A stretch of DNA of 64,000 bases, taken from an uncultured Myxococcales bacterium. GTDB lineage: Bacteria > Myxococcota_A > UBA9042 > DTJE01. Shown here piece after piece: positions 20,043 through 29,418 of this stretch; within the stretch, counting starts at the first letter, position 1; every line of letters begins with the position of its first letter. The notes under the pieces were generated by a model. It was not told the DNA's origin and did no database searches. It was given only the letters and a program-made list of their open reading frames with translations. Location of the stretch: the NCBI GenBank assembly GCA_903936705.1, contig CAIZWN010000071.1, positions 51,050 to 115,049 of the forward strand, read 5' to 3'. The translations under genes were made by a program, and so were the position numbers.

Positions 20043-22004
20043 ATGTCGATGCCGTCCATCGAGACCCTGCTGGTCGTGGTCGTGCTGGCGCCCCTTGTGG
20101 GTGCTGTGCTGAACGGCCTGTTTTCGCGGTTCCTGAAGCATTCCACGGTCAGCCTGCTTGGAGTTGGCGCACCGGTGGTCGCTTTTGCCGCCGCGCTGCT
20201 GGCCGTAATCCAGTGGCTGCCGCTGCGCGCATCACTGCCCGACGCCTCGGTGACGGTCATGCTGTTCAAATGGATCGAGGCCGGTCCGATAGTGATCGAC
20301 GCCTCCCTGTACCTTGATCCGCTGTCGGCCGTGATGATCCTGGTAGTTACAGGCATAGGCTCGCTGATTCATCTGTACAGTGTCGGGTACATGCACGACG
20401 ACTCGTCGTACGCCCGCTATTTCAGCCATCTGAACCTGTTCACGTTCTCGATGCTGCTGCTGGTACTGGGCCGCAGCCTGCTTCTGCTGTTCGTCGGCTG
20501 GGAAGGCGTGGGTCTGTGCTCGTACCTCCTGATTGGCTTCTGGTTCACGGACATGGACAAGGCCATCGCCGGCAAGAAGGCGTTCATCGTCAACCGGATC
20601 GGCGACTTCGGATTTTTGCTGGCCCTGTTCTTCCTGCTGTTCCATCTGAATGGCACTTTGGATGTTCCGTCGCTGCGACAGGCGGTGGCGGACCCGACGT
20701 CCGTCTTCAACACCGACACGGCGATGGTGACGCTGGTCACTTTGCTGCTGTTCGTTGGCGCCACCGGCAAATCGGCCCAGATTCCACTGTACGTCTGGCT
20801 GCCCGACGCCATGGCTGGTCCCACCCCAGTTTCCGCCCTCATCCATGCGGCTACGATGGTAACGGCTGGCGTTTACATGATCGCCCGCCTGAACTTCCTG
20901 TTCGTGCTTGCGCCGGTTTCGATGGCCGTGATTGCCAGTGTCGGTGCGGTCACCGCGATTTTTGCGGCGTCCATCGGCCTGGTGCAGAACGACATCAAGA
21001 AGGTGCTTGCCTATTCCACGGTCAGCCAGCTTGGCTACATGATACTGGGCGTAGGCGTAGGAGCGTTCGGCGCAGGCGTCTTCCACCTTATGACCCACGC
21101 CTTCTTCAAGGCATGCCTGTTCCTGGGCGCCGGCAGCGTGATTCACGCCATGGCCGGGGAACAGGACATTCGCAAGATGGGCGGTCTGGCGAAAAAGATG
21201 CCGTTCACCCGTTGGACCTTCCTGATCAGCACCATGGCGATTGCCGGCGTGCCGTTCCTGTCTGGCTTCTTCAGCAAGGACGAAATTCTCTTCAAGACGC
21301 TGACGTATCACCATGTTTCGGGAGTCGTTCCCGAGTGGCTCAGCGTTGTCTGGTTCGCCCTGGCTCTGGGGGCGGCCCTGATGACAGCCATGTACATGTT
21401 CCGCCTGTATTTCCTGACGTTCTCGGGCGAGCAGCGCGACCACCATGCACACCCGCACGAGTCTCCGGCGACGATGACGATTCCGCTGGTCGTTTTGGCC
21501 ATCGGCGCTGCGCTGGCCGGGTACCTGGGTCTGCCTGATCCTTCCCTGAACGTATGGGAACACTTGCTGGCCCCCGTGTTCGGCGCCGCCGAGGAATCGA
21601 TTCTTGCCACAGGTTCCCACGCGCTGGAACTTGGCCTGATGGGCGTATCGACGGTCGTGGCTCTGACCGGTATCGGTCTGGCGTGGTGGTTGTATCGGGG
21701 GGCTGGCCAGCAAGTGCCTGCGCGCATTGCCGCCTCAATGTCAGGCCTGCACCGCCTGCTGTCGAACAAGTATTACGTGGACGAGATCTACGACACGCTG
21801 GTCATAAGGCCACTGAAGGCCTACGCCCATTTCTTGTGGAAGTGGATCGATGTCGGCCTGATTGACGGAATCATGGTGAACGGTCCTGCCAGACTGCTTT
21901 CGGCAGTGGGTGGCGCCGGACGCAGGTTGGCGACCGGAGACGTTCAGGGATACGCGGCTGCGCTGGTCGTGGGCCTGGCCGTGATCGTGTTCCTGTTCCT
22001 GTGA
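20043..22004 (+). CDS. nuoL: NADH-quinone oxidoreductase subunit L
   Basis: WEGVGLCSYLLIGFW, KSAQIPLYVWLPDAMAGPTPVSALIHAATMV; size 653 aa. Confidence 0.95.
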   Translation: MSMPSIETLLVVVVLAPLVGAVLNGLFSRFLKHSTVSLLGVGAPVVAFAAALLAVIQWLPLRASLPDASVTVMLFKWIEAGPIVIDASLYLDPLSAVMILVVTGIGSLIHLYSVGYMHDDSSYARYFSHLNLFTFSMLLLVLGRSLLLLFVGWEGVGLCSYLLIGFWFTDMDKAIAGKKAFIVNRIGDFGFLLALFFLLFHLNGTLDVPSLRQAVADPTSVFNTDTAMVTLVTLLLFVGATGKSAQIPLYVWLPDAMAGPTPVSALIHAATMVTAGVYMIARLNFLFVLAPVSMAVIASVGAVTAIFAASIGLVQNDIKKVLAYSTVSQLGYMILGVGVGAFGAGVFHLMTHAFFKACLFLGAGSVIHAMAGEQDIRKMGGLAKKMPFTRWTFLISTMAIAGVPFLSGFFSKDEILFKTLTYHHVSGVVPEWLSVVWFALALGAALMTAMYMFRLYFLTFSGEQRDHHAHPHESPATMTIPLVVLAIGAALAGYLGLPDPSLNVWEHLLAPVFGAAEESILATGSHALELGLMGVSTVVALTGIGLAWWLYRGAGQQVPARIAASMSGLHRLLSNKYYVDEIYDTLVIRPLKAYAHFLWKWIDVGLIDGIMVNGPARLLSAVGGAGRRLATGDVQGYAAALVVGLAVIVFLFL

Positions 22005-22047
22005 CCTTGACCCCCGACGTGGATGACGCGATCGGGGCCCCTGGAGC

Positions 22048-23685
22048 GTGCGAATGGGAATCGATACCCGCGCGGTCACGCCCTTCCTGACGATGACGAT
22101 GCTGCTGCCTCTGGTGGGCGCCTTGCTGCTGGCGATGATCCCGGCCGACCGGGCTCGTGCGCATCGGGGCATCTCGCTGGTGGCGTCAATCGGGGCGTTC
22201 CTGGTCAGTTTGTCGATATGGACCAACTTCAACCCGGCCCTGGCCGGTTTTCAGCTTGTCGAGGACCATGCGTGGCTTGCTTTCGGGGCGCGCTATACGG
22301 TGGGAGTCGACGGGATCAGCCTGCTGTTGGTGATGCTGACTACGCTGTTGACCCCGCTTACGATCCTGTCCACCTTCGGCGCCATCAAGCAGCGCACCCG
22401 CGAATTCCACATCGCGATGCTGGTTCTCGAAACGTGCATGCTGGGCACCCTGTTGGCCATGGACATGCTGTTGTTCTTCGTCTTCTGGGAGATCATGCTG
22501 GTGCCGATGTTCCTGATCATCGGCGTCTGGGGCGGCGAGCGGCGCATCTATGCGGCGGTCAAATTCTTCCTGTACACGACCATCGGTTCCGTCCTGATGT
22601 TCGTCGGGATTTTGTACATGTACCTCCAGGGCGGCGGCACTTCGTTTGCCTATCTCGATGCGCTGAAGACAGGCCTGGACCTTCGCGAGCAACTATGGCT
22701 GTTTGCCGCCTTCGGGCTGGCGTTTGCCATCAAGGTGCCGCTGTTCCCGTTCCATACGTGGCTTCCGGATGCCCACGTTGAGGCACCTACCGCAGGCTCG
22801 GTCATCCTGGCTGGCGTCCTGCTGAAGATGGGCACCTACGGATTCCTGCGTTTCGCGATCCCTCTGTTCCCCGACGCTGCCGGCACGTTCGGTCTGCCGA
22901 TCATGCTGCTGGCGGTAGTGGGGGTCATCTATGGCTCGCTGGTGGCCTGGGCCCAGGACGACGTGAAGAAACTGGTGGCCTATTCGTCCGTGGCGCACCT
23001 GGGTTTTGTGATGCTGGGCATGTTTGCGATGACTGCCGAGGCCGTGCAGGGATCAATTCTTCAGATGGTGAACCACGGAATATCGACTGGCGCGCTGTTC
23101 CTGTTGGTCGGCGTCCTGTACGAGCGTCGCCACACTCGCCTCATCGCCGCCTATGGCGGGATCGCCAAACCGATGAAGGTATTCGCGTTTTTCATGGTCG
23201 TCATTACGCTGTCCTCGATCGGTCTTCCTGGGACCAACGGGTTCATTGGCGAGTTCCTGATACTCGCCGGCACGTTCAGGGAGGCGCTTGCCACGCCTGG
23301 TGACGCAGGCATCGCCATGATGGTGCTGGGCGTGCTTGCCTCGACTGGCATTGTCCTGGGCGCCATCTACATGCTGACGATGGTTCGCAAGGTGCTGTTC
23401 GGCCCGATCACGCATGCCGAAAACGAGCATCTTCAGGATGTTACCTTCCGCGAGGGTTTCGTGCTTGGCACCCTGGTGGTGCTGGTGTTCTGGATCGGCT
23501 TGTTCCCCAACCCCTTCCTGTCCAGGACGTCCGCGTCGGTCAATGCCTTGCTGGAAACCTGCAAGAGCCGGATGGTCCAGCATCGATTGATCAGTCAAGC
23601 GGACGGACAGGCATCGCCGCAGGCCGATGGTCTGGCGTACGAACGGCCATACCGGGTGGCGCTGCACGGAGAGGTGGCGGAATGA
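22048..23685 (+). CDS. nuoM: NADH-quinone oxidoreductase subunit M
   Basis: FAIKVPLFPFHTWLPDAHVEAPTAGSVILAGVLLKMG. Start is GTG 22048 or ATG 22054. Confidence 0.95.
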   Translation: MRMGIDTRAVTPFLTMTMLLPLVGALLLAMIPADRARAHRGISLVASIGAFLVSLSIWTNFNPALAGFQLVEDHAWLAFGARYTVGVDGISLLLVMLTTLLTPLTILSTFGAIKQRTREFHIAMLVLETCMLGTLLAMDMLLFFVFWEIMLVPMFLIIGVWGGERRIYAAVKFFLYTTIGSVLMFVGILYMYLQGGGTSFAYLDALKTGLDLREQLWLFAAFGLAFAIKVPLFPFHTWLPDAHVEAPTAGSVILAGVLLKMGTYGFLRFAIPLFPDAAGTFGLPIMLLAVVGVIYGSLVAWAQDDVKKLVAYSSVAHLGFVMLGMFAMTAEAVQGSILQMVNHGISTGALFLLVGVLYERRHTRLIAAYGGIAKPMKVFAFFMVVITLSSIGLPGTNGFIGEFLILAGTFREALATPGDAGIAMMVLGVLASTGIVLGAIYMLTMVRKVLFGPITHAENEHLQDVTFREGFVLGTLVVLVFWIGLFPNPFLSRTSASVNALLETCKSRMVQHRLISQADGQASPQADGLAYERPYRVALHGEVAE

Positions 23686-25331
23686 GCGACCTGTTGTCGA
23701 TTTCCCCCCTGCTGGTCACAGCGTTTACCGGAATGCTGGTCATGGCGCTGGACCTTCTGGCCGGTCAGGGTCGCAAGGCGTTCCTTTCCTGGGTGACAGT
23801 CGCCGGGTTCGCGGTTGCAGGGATTCTGGCATACGTGCTGTGGAGCGGCGATCCAGTCGTTCTGCAGCGGCCCTTTCTTGCAAACGTGATGCTGCTGGAC
23901 GCGCACGGGTGGTTTTTTTCCGAGGTGGTCCTGCTGGCTGGCGCATTGGCGGCTTTGCTGGCCGCCGACCATATGCCCGAGCAGGGAATCGATGGCGGTG
24001 AGACCTACGCACTCTTGTCGTTCTCGGTCACCGGGGCGATTCTGCTGATGGTCGCGACCGATCTTGTGACCCTGTTCCTGGGCCTGGAGATCATGAGTCT
24101 GGCCCTGTACGTGATGGCCGCCGGCAAGCGCTCGTCACCGTTCTCGGCCGAGGCGGGAATCAAGTACTTTTTGCTGGGCGGCGTCGCATCGGCCTTCCTG
24201 CTGATGGGAATGGCCTTCCTGTACGGGGCAACTGGCAAGCTGAATCTGGTGGATATCGCCCGTTTCCTGGCGAACCACCCGGAAGGCGCCGACCCGCTGC
24301 TGGTTCAGGGCGCGATGATACTTCTGGTCGTCGCGATGGCCTTCAAGGTTGCCGCGGTTCCGTTCCATTTCTGGACTCCCGACGTGTACGAGGGCGCACC
24401 GACGCCGGTGACGGCATTCATGGCCGGCGCCGTGAAGGCTGCTGCGTTCGCGGTGCTGGCACGACTGGTTCTGACGCTCGCCCGGGCACCTGCATTCCAG
24501 GGTACCGCCTTCTCCCCTGCCGACCTGCTGCTGGGACTTGCGGTGGTGTCCATGGTTGTCGGCAATCTGCTGGGTATCGTTCAGACCAATGTGAAGCGAA
24601 TTCTGGCCTACTCGTCGATCGCGCATGCCGGCTACCTGCTGCTGGGTGTATGGGCCACGCAGGCCAGTGTCAGCGAAACGGGCGTCCAGACCCTGAACGA
24701 TTCGGTTCCGTTCTACCTTTTGGCATACGCGGTATCGACGGTTGGCGCGTTCGGCGTTCTGGCGCTGCTGGGCCGCTCGGGCGAGGAGGACATGTCGCTG
24801 TCCAGGATCGCTGGCCTTGGCCGCCGCCACCCTGTCCTGGGTGTGGCATTGCTTGTGGCCGTCCTGTCGCTGGCCGGCCTGCCTCCGCTGGGCGGATTCA
24901 TGGCCAAGTTCAACCTGTTTCGTCAGGTCCTGGCCGCCGATCCGGCCGGCAACCTCCCCTGGGTGATCCTGGCCGTGGTAATGAGTGTCGTCGGCCTGTA
25001 CTACTACCTTAGGATCGTTTTGTACGCATTCTTCCGGGAACCCGAGGGCCAGCCAGTGGTTGCGATTTCCAGCGCGGCTGGTTCGGTTGCCCTGGCTGTC
25101 ACCGTGGCCCTGGCATTGTTCCTGGGAATTGCGCCGGCGAAATTTCTCGACGCCTCTAGAATGGCCTCCCAGGCCACAGTGCTGACCGGATCGATTGCTG
25201 CCAGTCGTGCCGGTGCGGCTCCGGTCCAGACTGCTACCCCGCCTGCTGCTGCTGGCATCCAGTTGAAGCCTGGTGTCCAGATACCGGTTCGCACGTTCAA
25301 TTCGAAGGAAGGTCGCGGCAACCTGCACTGA
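23682..25331 (+). CDS. nuoN: NADH-quinone oxidoreductase subunit N (with hydrophilic C-terminal tail)
   Basis: FKVAAVPFHFWTPDVYEGAPTPVTAFMA. ATGA overlap with nuoM. The last ~60 aa are a non-membrane Ala/Pro-rich tail. Confidence 0.93.
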   Translation: MSDLLSISPLLVTAFTGMLVMALDLLAGQGRKAFLSWVTVAGFAVAGILAYVLWSGDPVVLQRPFLANVMLLDAHGWFFSEVVLLAGALAALLAADHMPEQGIDGGETYALLSFSVTGAILLMVATDLVTLFLGLEIMSLALYVMAAGKRSSPFSAEAGIKYFLLGGVASAFLLMGMAFLYGATGKLNLVDIARFLANHPEGADPLLVQGAMILLVVAMAFKVAAVPFHFWTPDVYEGAPTPVTAFMAGAVKAAAFAVLARLVLTLARAPAFQGTAFSPADLLLGLAVVSMVVGNLLGIVQTNVKRILAYSSIAHAGYLLLGVWATQASVSETGVQTLNDSVPFYLLAYAVSTVGAFGVLALLGRSGEEDMSLSRIAGLGRRHPVLGVALLVAVLSLAGLPPLGGFMAKFNLFRQVLAADPAGNLPWVILAVVMSVVGLYYYLRIVLYAFFREPEGQPVVAISSAAGSVALAVTVALALFLGIAPAKFLDASRMASQATVLTGSIAASRAGAAPVQTATPPAAAGIQLKPGVQIPVRTFNSKEGRGNLH

Positions 25332-25377
25332 CTCCGAAACACCATCAATACCTGGAATATTCGTTGGGCCGGAATTC

Positions 25378-27624
25378 CTACGGGGCGCAGGGGCTGTCAC
25401 GCCCGTCGCAGTTCTCGTCGATGCCGTTGCCGCAGATTTCCGTTGCAAGGTGCGAGATTGACGAGTCGAGTGGCCGGCAATCCACGATGGCCGGTGTGGG
25501 GCAGCCGAAGTTGGGCTGCGGGTCGCCGTCTCCGTCAATGTCGCAGTCGCAGGCGTCACCGATGCCGTCGTCATCCATGTCTGCCTGGCTGCGGTTCGCG
25601 ATCAGCGGGCAATTGTCAGGAATTGCAGGGGTGGGACAGGGCTTGCCAATTCGATTGACACCAGGATTGCCGAAGCCGTCACCGTCGATGTCGCAGTCGC
25701 AGGCATTCCCGTCCTCGTCAAGGTCGCTGTCAGCCTGGTCAACATTCGATGCGTTCGGGCAGTTGTCCTGCGGCTTCAGTATACCGTCCCCATCCAGATC
25801 GTCGTTGCAGGCATCTCCCACAAGTTTTCCTGTGGTGTTTTCCTGGCCCTTGTTTGGCACCAGGGGACAGTTATCACATGGCGAGCAGGCCGCGCATCCA
25901 GGGTTTGCATTCATCACGCCGTCATCGTCGGCATCGCAGTCGCAGGCGTCGCCTTGTCCGTCGCCGTCAGCGTCGGCCTGATTGATGTTTACAACGAAGG
26001 GGCAATTGTCCGGATCTCCGACCACCACGCATCCTGGATTACCGTCACTTACCCCGTCGCTGTCGATGTCGCAGTCGCAGGCATCTCCCTGCCCGTCACC
26101 GTCCGAATCCACCTGGCCCGCGTTGGGAATCGTTGGGCAGTTGTCGGGTTCGGGTACGTGTGGGCATCCCGGGTTGTTGTTCGGGACGCCGTCGTTGTCG
26201 ATTTCGCAGTCACAGGCATCGCCAATCTTGTCCCGGTCGGTGTCCTTCTGGTCTTCGTTCGCGACCAAGGGGCAATTGTCCGCAGCACTTCCGGGATTCG
26301 GGCATTTGCGGCCGGCCATGTCCAGCATTGCCGTGTTGTCCAGACCGTCGCCATCGGCGTCGCAGTCGCACAAGTCGCCCTTCCTGTCGTGATCAGAGTC
26401 CAGTTGATCTGGGTCCGGCACCAGCGGGCAAACGTCAATCAGGTCGGGGATCTTGTCGTTGTCATCGTCGTCGTCGCAGGCATCTCCCATCACAGCAGAC
26501 GATTCTTCCAGTTCGAAGTCGTTGTTATTCTGGTCGTCGTTCGGCACAAGTCGGCAGTTATCCAGTTCATTGGGAACACCGTCGTTGTCGACGTCGGGGT
26601 CGATGCAGTCCGCCAGTAGGTCGCCGTCGGTGTTTGCGAAGCCCTCGTCAGTGCTGCCGTCGCAATTGTCGTCAATGCCGTTGCAAACCTCCAGGACGGC
26701 CTCGGTTCCTTCGCACTTGCCCGCGGTCCCATGGTCGCACGGGGCTGTCCCCGGGCACTTGCCGTACTGGTTCTCGACCAGGCAGGGTACGTGCGAGACG
26801 CCCTCGTCGGTCTCGCCATTGCAGTCGTCATCAAGCAGATTGCATTCCTCTTCCTTGGGCGTCAGTGCGTTGCACTGAACGTTGCAGCCTCGGTTTCCCA
26901 GGCAGACCCCATATTGGTTGCTTACCTGGCAATCGGTCATGAACCCGCCCAGAGCGAACTTGTCTGTGCATGGACATGATCCATTGACCGGCCTGCACTG
27001 CCGGACGCCACCCTCGGCCGATGCGACCTCCTGGCACGAAAATGCCTGAGGTTGATCAGGGCAGTCCGAGTCTTGTTCGCATGGTGCGCCGCAAAAACTC
27101 CCGTCATCGCCATGTTTCAGGCACAGCCACGGACGTACGTCATCACCTTTGCCGACGGCGCACTCATCGTTTGAACGGCAGGGACGGCACAGGTCCGGGG
27201 CCTGCGGGATGCACCCCGAAATGGTCTCGCCCCCGGCGGAGACCGTAGTGCACAGCCAGCCTGGCAGGCAGTCATCCCCGCTGAGGCAAACGGGTGCGCA
27301 TCTGGAACCCTCCATCGAGTTCACGCACAGGCCGGATTCGCAGTCCGAAAACAGGAGGCAAGGGCAGTAGAGACCGCCCGGGCATTCGAAAGCATCAGCC
27401 TCGGTGTTGTCCTGGGATTGGACCTCCCCGGTCGCCGCATCGGGCTGCGCATCTGCGTCAGAAACATCGACAGGTTTCCCGTGGCTGCCGAATTCGGTGC
27501 CGCAACCGGCGATCGGCAATGAAAGAGCCAGGAACATCAATCGCCAAGTCAACGCAGAGGTCTTGCGAGATGGGATTGCGCGCAGCGGGTTTTGCAGTGC
27601 TGGTTTTCGCAGGGACTGCGACAT
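25378..27624 (-). CDS. secreted lipoprotein with Cys-rich N-terminal region and many thrombospondin type-3 (Ca-binding) repeats
   Basis: Lipobox LSLPIAGCG. Repeated DxDxDGxxDxxDNCPxxxNxxQxDxD units (e.g. DNCPTIPNAGQVDSDGDGQGDACDCDIDSDG). Also ECNLLDDDCNGETDEG and VCNGIDDNCDGSTDEG motifs. ATG at 27624 has GGAGG 5 nt upstream. Confidence 0.85.
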   Translation of the reverse strand: MSQSLRKPALQNPLRAIPSRKTSALTWRLMFLALSLPIAGCGTEFGSHGKPVDVSDADAQPDAATGEVQSQDNTEADAFECPGGLYCPCLLFSDCESGLCVNSMEGSRCAPVCLSGDDCLPGWLCTTVSAGGETISGCIPQAPDLCRPCRSNDECAVGKGDDVRPWLCLKHGDDGSFCGAPCEQDSDCPDQPQAFSCQEVASAEGGVRQCRPVNGSCPCTDKFALGGFMTDCQVSNQYGVCLGNRGCNVQCNALTPKEEECNLLDDDCNGETDEGVSHVPCLVENQYGKCPGTAPCDHGTAGKCEGTEAVLEVCNGIDDNCDGSTDEGFANTDGDLLADCIDPDVDNDGVPNELDNCRLVPNDDQNNNDFELEESSAVMGDACDDDDDNDKIPDLIDVCPLVPDPDQLDSDHDRKGDLCDCDADGDGLDNTAMLDMAGRKCPNPGSAADNCPLVANEDQKDTDRDKIGDACDCEIDNDGVPNNNPGCPHVPEPDNCPTIPNAGQVDSDGDGQGDACDCDIDSDGVSDGNPGCVVVGDPDNCPFVVNINQADADGDGQGDACDCDADDDGVMNANPGCAACSPCDNCPLVPNKGQENTTGKLVGDACNDDLDGDGILKPQDNCPNASNVDQADSDLDEDGNACDCDIDGDGFGNPGVNRIGKPCPTPAIPDNCPLIANRSQADMDDDGIGDACDCDIDGDGDPQPNFGCPTPAIVDCRPLDSSISHLATEICGNGIDENCDGRDSPCAP

Positions 27625-27883
27625 CTGAACCTCCGATTCGGGACGGCACTTCATGAACAAGAACTGCCCGCACGACGGGCCGGTACGGGAGATTGTACTC
27701 GGCCGGCACCGGAAATCGCGCATCGATCAGCACGTTTTCTTAAAATCCGAAATCTGCCATACGATACTTGTATTGGCGTAAACTCTGGACTCGCAACCTT
27801 TGCGGCGCTATCTTTCGGCCGCGCATCTCGGTGCCCGCTTCAACGGGAGTGGGCTGCATATTTTGTGATGGAGGATTCAGGCA

Positions 27884-29332
27884 ATGAAGCGAAACTCGTT
27901 TGTCCTGTCGGTTGTTTGTGCCCTATTCCTGGTGTTGACAGCCTGCGCAGGATCGATGCAGGTTGATCCGCAGAAACTGGCGCGGCTGAACCTTCCCAAG
28001 ACCACCAAGGCGATGGATCGGATGCACGACACCATTGCGGCCAAGGCTGATGGCCGGCTCTACGCTGGGGCGGCCATCGTCGATATCTCGACCAGGTTGG
28101 CCAGCGACGGCTCCCTGTACCTTGGCGGTTTCGACATGGGTCGCAAGAGCAAGGGTGTTCGTGACCCGGTTTATGCCCACGCTCTTTATCTGGATGACGG
28201 GAAGACTCCATTCGTTCTGGTGACGCTGGATACGATCGGCTACATGAACGACGACTCCAAGGAGGCACGTGCCCTGATTACCGATCGGTTCGCCAATAAC
28301 ATCGTGATCGCTGCCATCCACAATCACGTTGGTCCCGATACAGTCGGTTACTGGGGGCCTGCCATCGGCGGGTTCCTGCCGATCTCCAGCGGTCGCGTTC
28401 CCGAGTACATGGAAGCCGTCAAGACGCTGATAGCCAGTGCGGTCGACCAGGCCGCTGCTTCGGCCAAGCCAGCTCGGCTGCGTTTCGGTCAGGGGACCGT
28501 GGACCCCGATCTGTCGCTGAACATCCACAAACAGATCCGCAAGCAGAAGGACGACGTCGTACGAGTGCTTACGGTCGAGGGCGAGGACGGTTCGGCCATA
28601 GCCACGGTTGCCAACTGGGGTTGCCACGTCGAGGCCATGTGGAACGACAACAAGCTGTCGGCCGACTGGGCCGGGGTGTTCTACAAGAGGATGCAGAAGG
28701 ACGTTGGCGGTGTTCCCTTGTTCATAGAGGGCGCCCTTGGCGGTCTTGTCACGATCAACCCAGGCGATGCCAAGATGGCCCTGGAACCCGAGATCATGGA
28801 AGTCTTTCTGAAGCACATGAACGAGGCCGAGCGCGTCGCACTGATGAACAAGGTTGGTAACGCTTTTGCCGACGCGGTGCAGTCGGTAGTGAAGAACTCG
28901 AATGCCCCTGTTGGCCCGCAGGGCATCACCTTGTACTCTGCCCACAAGTCGTTTCTGGTCCAGGAGAACAACTGGATCTTCGAGTACATGGGCAACCGTG
29001 GCCTGATCAAGCGGGAGATTCAGACGGTCGGGGGCAAGTCGATGCTGGCGACCGAGATAACAGTGCTGCAGTTGCGCAATGGCACAGAGGTGCTGGCCGA
29101 TTTTGCGTCAGTCCCGGGCGAGCCCGCGCCGCCTGTCGTGGCCGAAATCGATGCCACATCCGATGCCCCGGTGAAATTCACTATTTCGTTGGGTAACGAC
29201 GAGATTGGTTACATCGTGCGTGAGAGTGATTGGGAACTGCCCCAGTACGAGTACGAAAGGACGATGTCGCTGGGCAAACCCACCGGAACACTCATCCTCA
29301 GTGTCATCAAGGAACTGCGCGACAGCCTCTGA
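27884..29332 (+). CDS. lipoprotein, neutral/alkaline ceramidase-like hydrolase family (tentative)
   Basis: Signal plus lipobox (LVLTACAGS). GVRDPVYAHALYLDDG and AAIHNHVGPD resemble the N-terminal metal-site motifs of neutral ceramidases. Family assignment rests on motif memory only. Confidence 0.5.
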   Translation: MKRNSFVLSVVCALFLVLTACAGSMQVDPQKLARLNLPKTTKAMDRMHDTIAAKADGRLYAGAAIVDISTRLASDGSLYLGGFDMGRKSKGVRDPVYAHALYLDDGKTPFVLVTLDTIGYMNDDSKEARALITDRFANNIVIAAIHNHVGPDTVGYWGPAIGGFLPISSGRVPEYMEAVKTLIASAVDQAAASAKPARLRFGQGTVDPDLSLNIHKQIRKQKDDVVRVLTVEGEDGSAIATVANWGCHVEAMWNDNKLSADWAGVFYKRMQKDVGGVPLFIEGALGGLVTINPGDAKMALEPEIMEVFLKHMNEAERVALMNKVGNAFADAVQSVVKNSNAPVGPQGITLYSAHKSFLVQENNWIFEYMGNRGLIKREIQTVGGKSMLATEITVLQLRNGTEVLADFASVPGEPAPPVVAEIDATSDAPVKFTISLGNDEIGYIVRESDWELPQYEYERTMSLGKPTGTLILSVIKELRDSL

Positions 29333-29418
29333 TCCCCTGCGACAGCTTCAGCCCCCTGGCGCCGCCTCGATACCGGCTGCACGGCCTCGTTCAACTTCCC
29401 TCAATTTCCTGAGTGGCG

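Noticed and set aside
17916-25574. Long minus-strand ORFs 17916..19343, 19389..20356, 20232..21713 and 24135..25574
   Set aside because: All are antisense to nuoF, nuoJ-L and nuoN. Their composition is Arg/His/Gln/Gly-rich, with no domains. These are shadow ORFs.
27923-28945. 340-aa minus-strand ORF
   Set aside because: It is antisense to the ceramidase-like lipoprotein gene and has no motifs.
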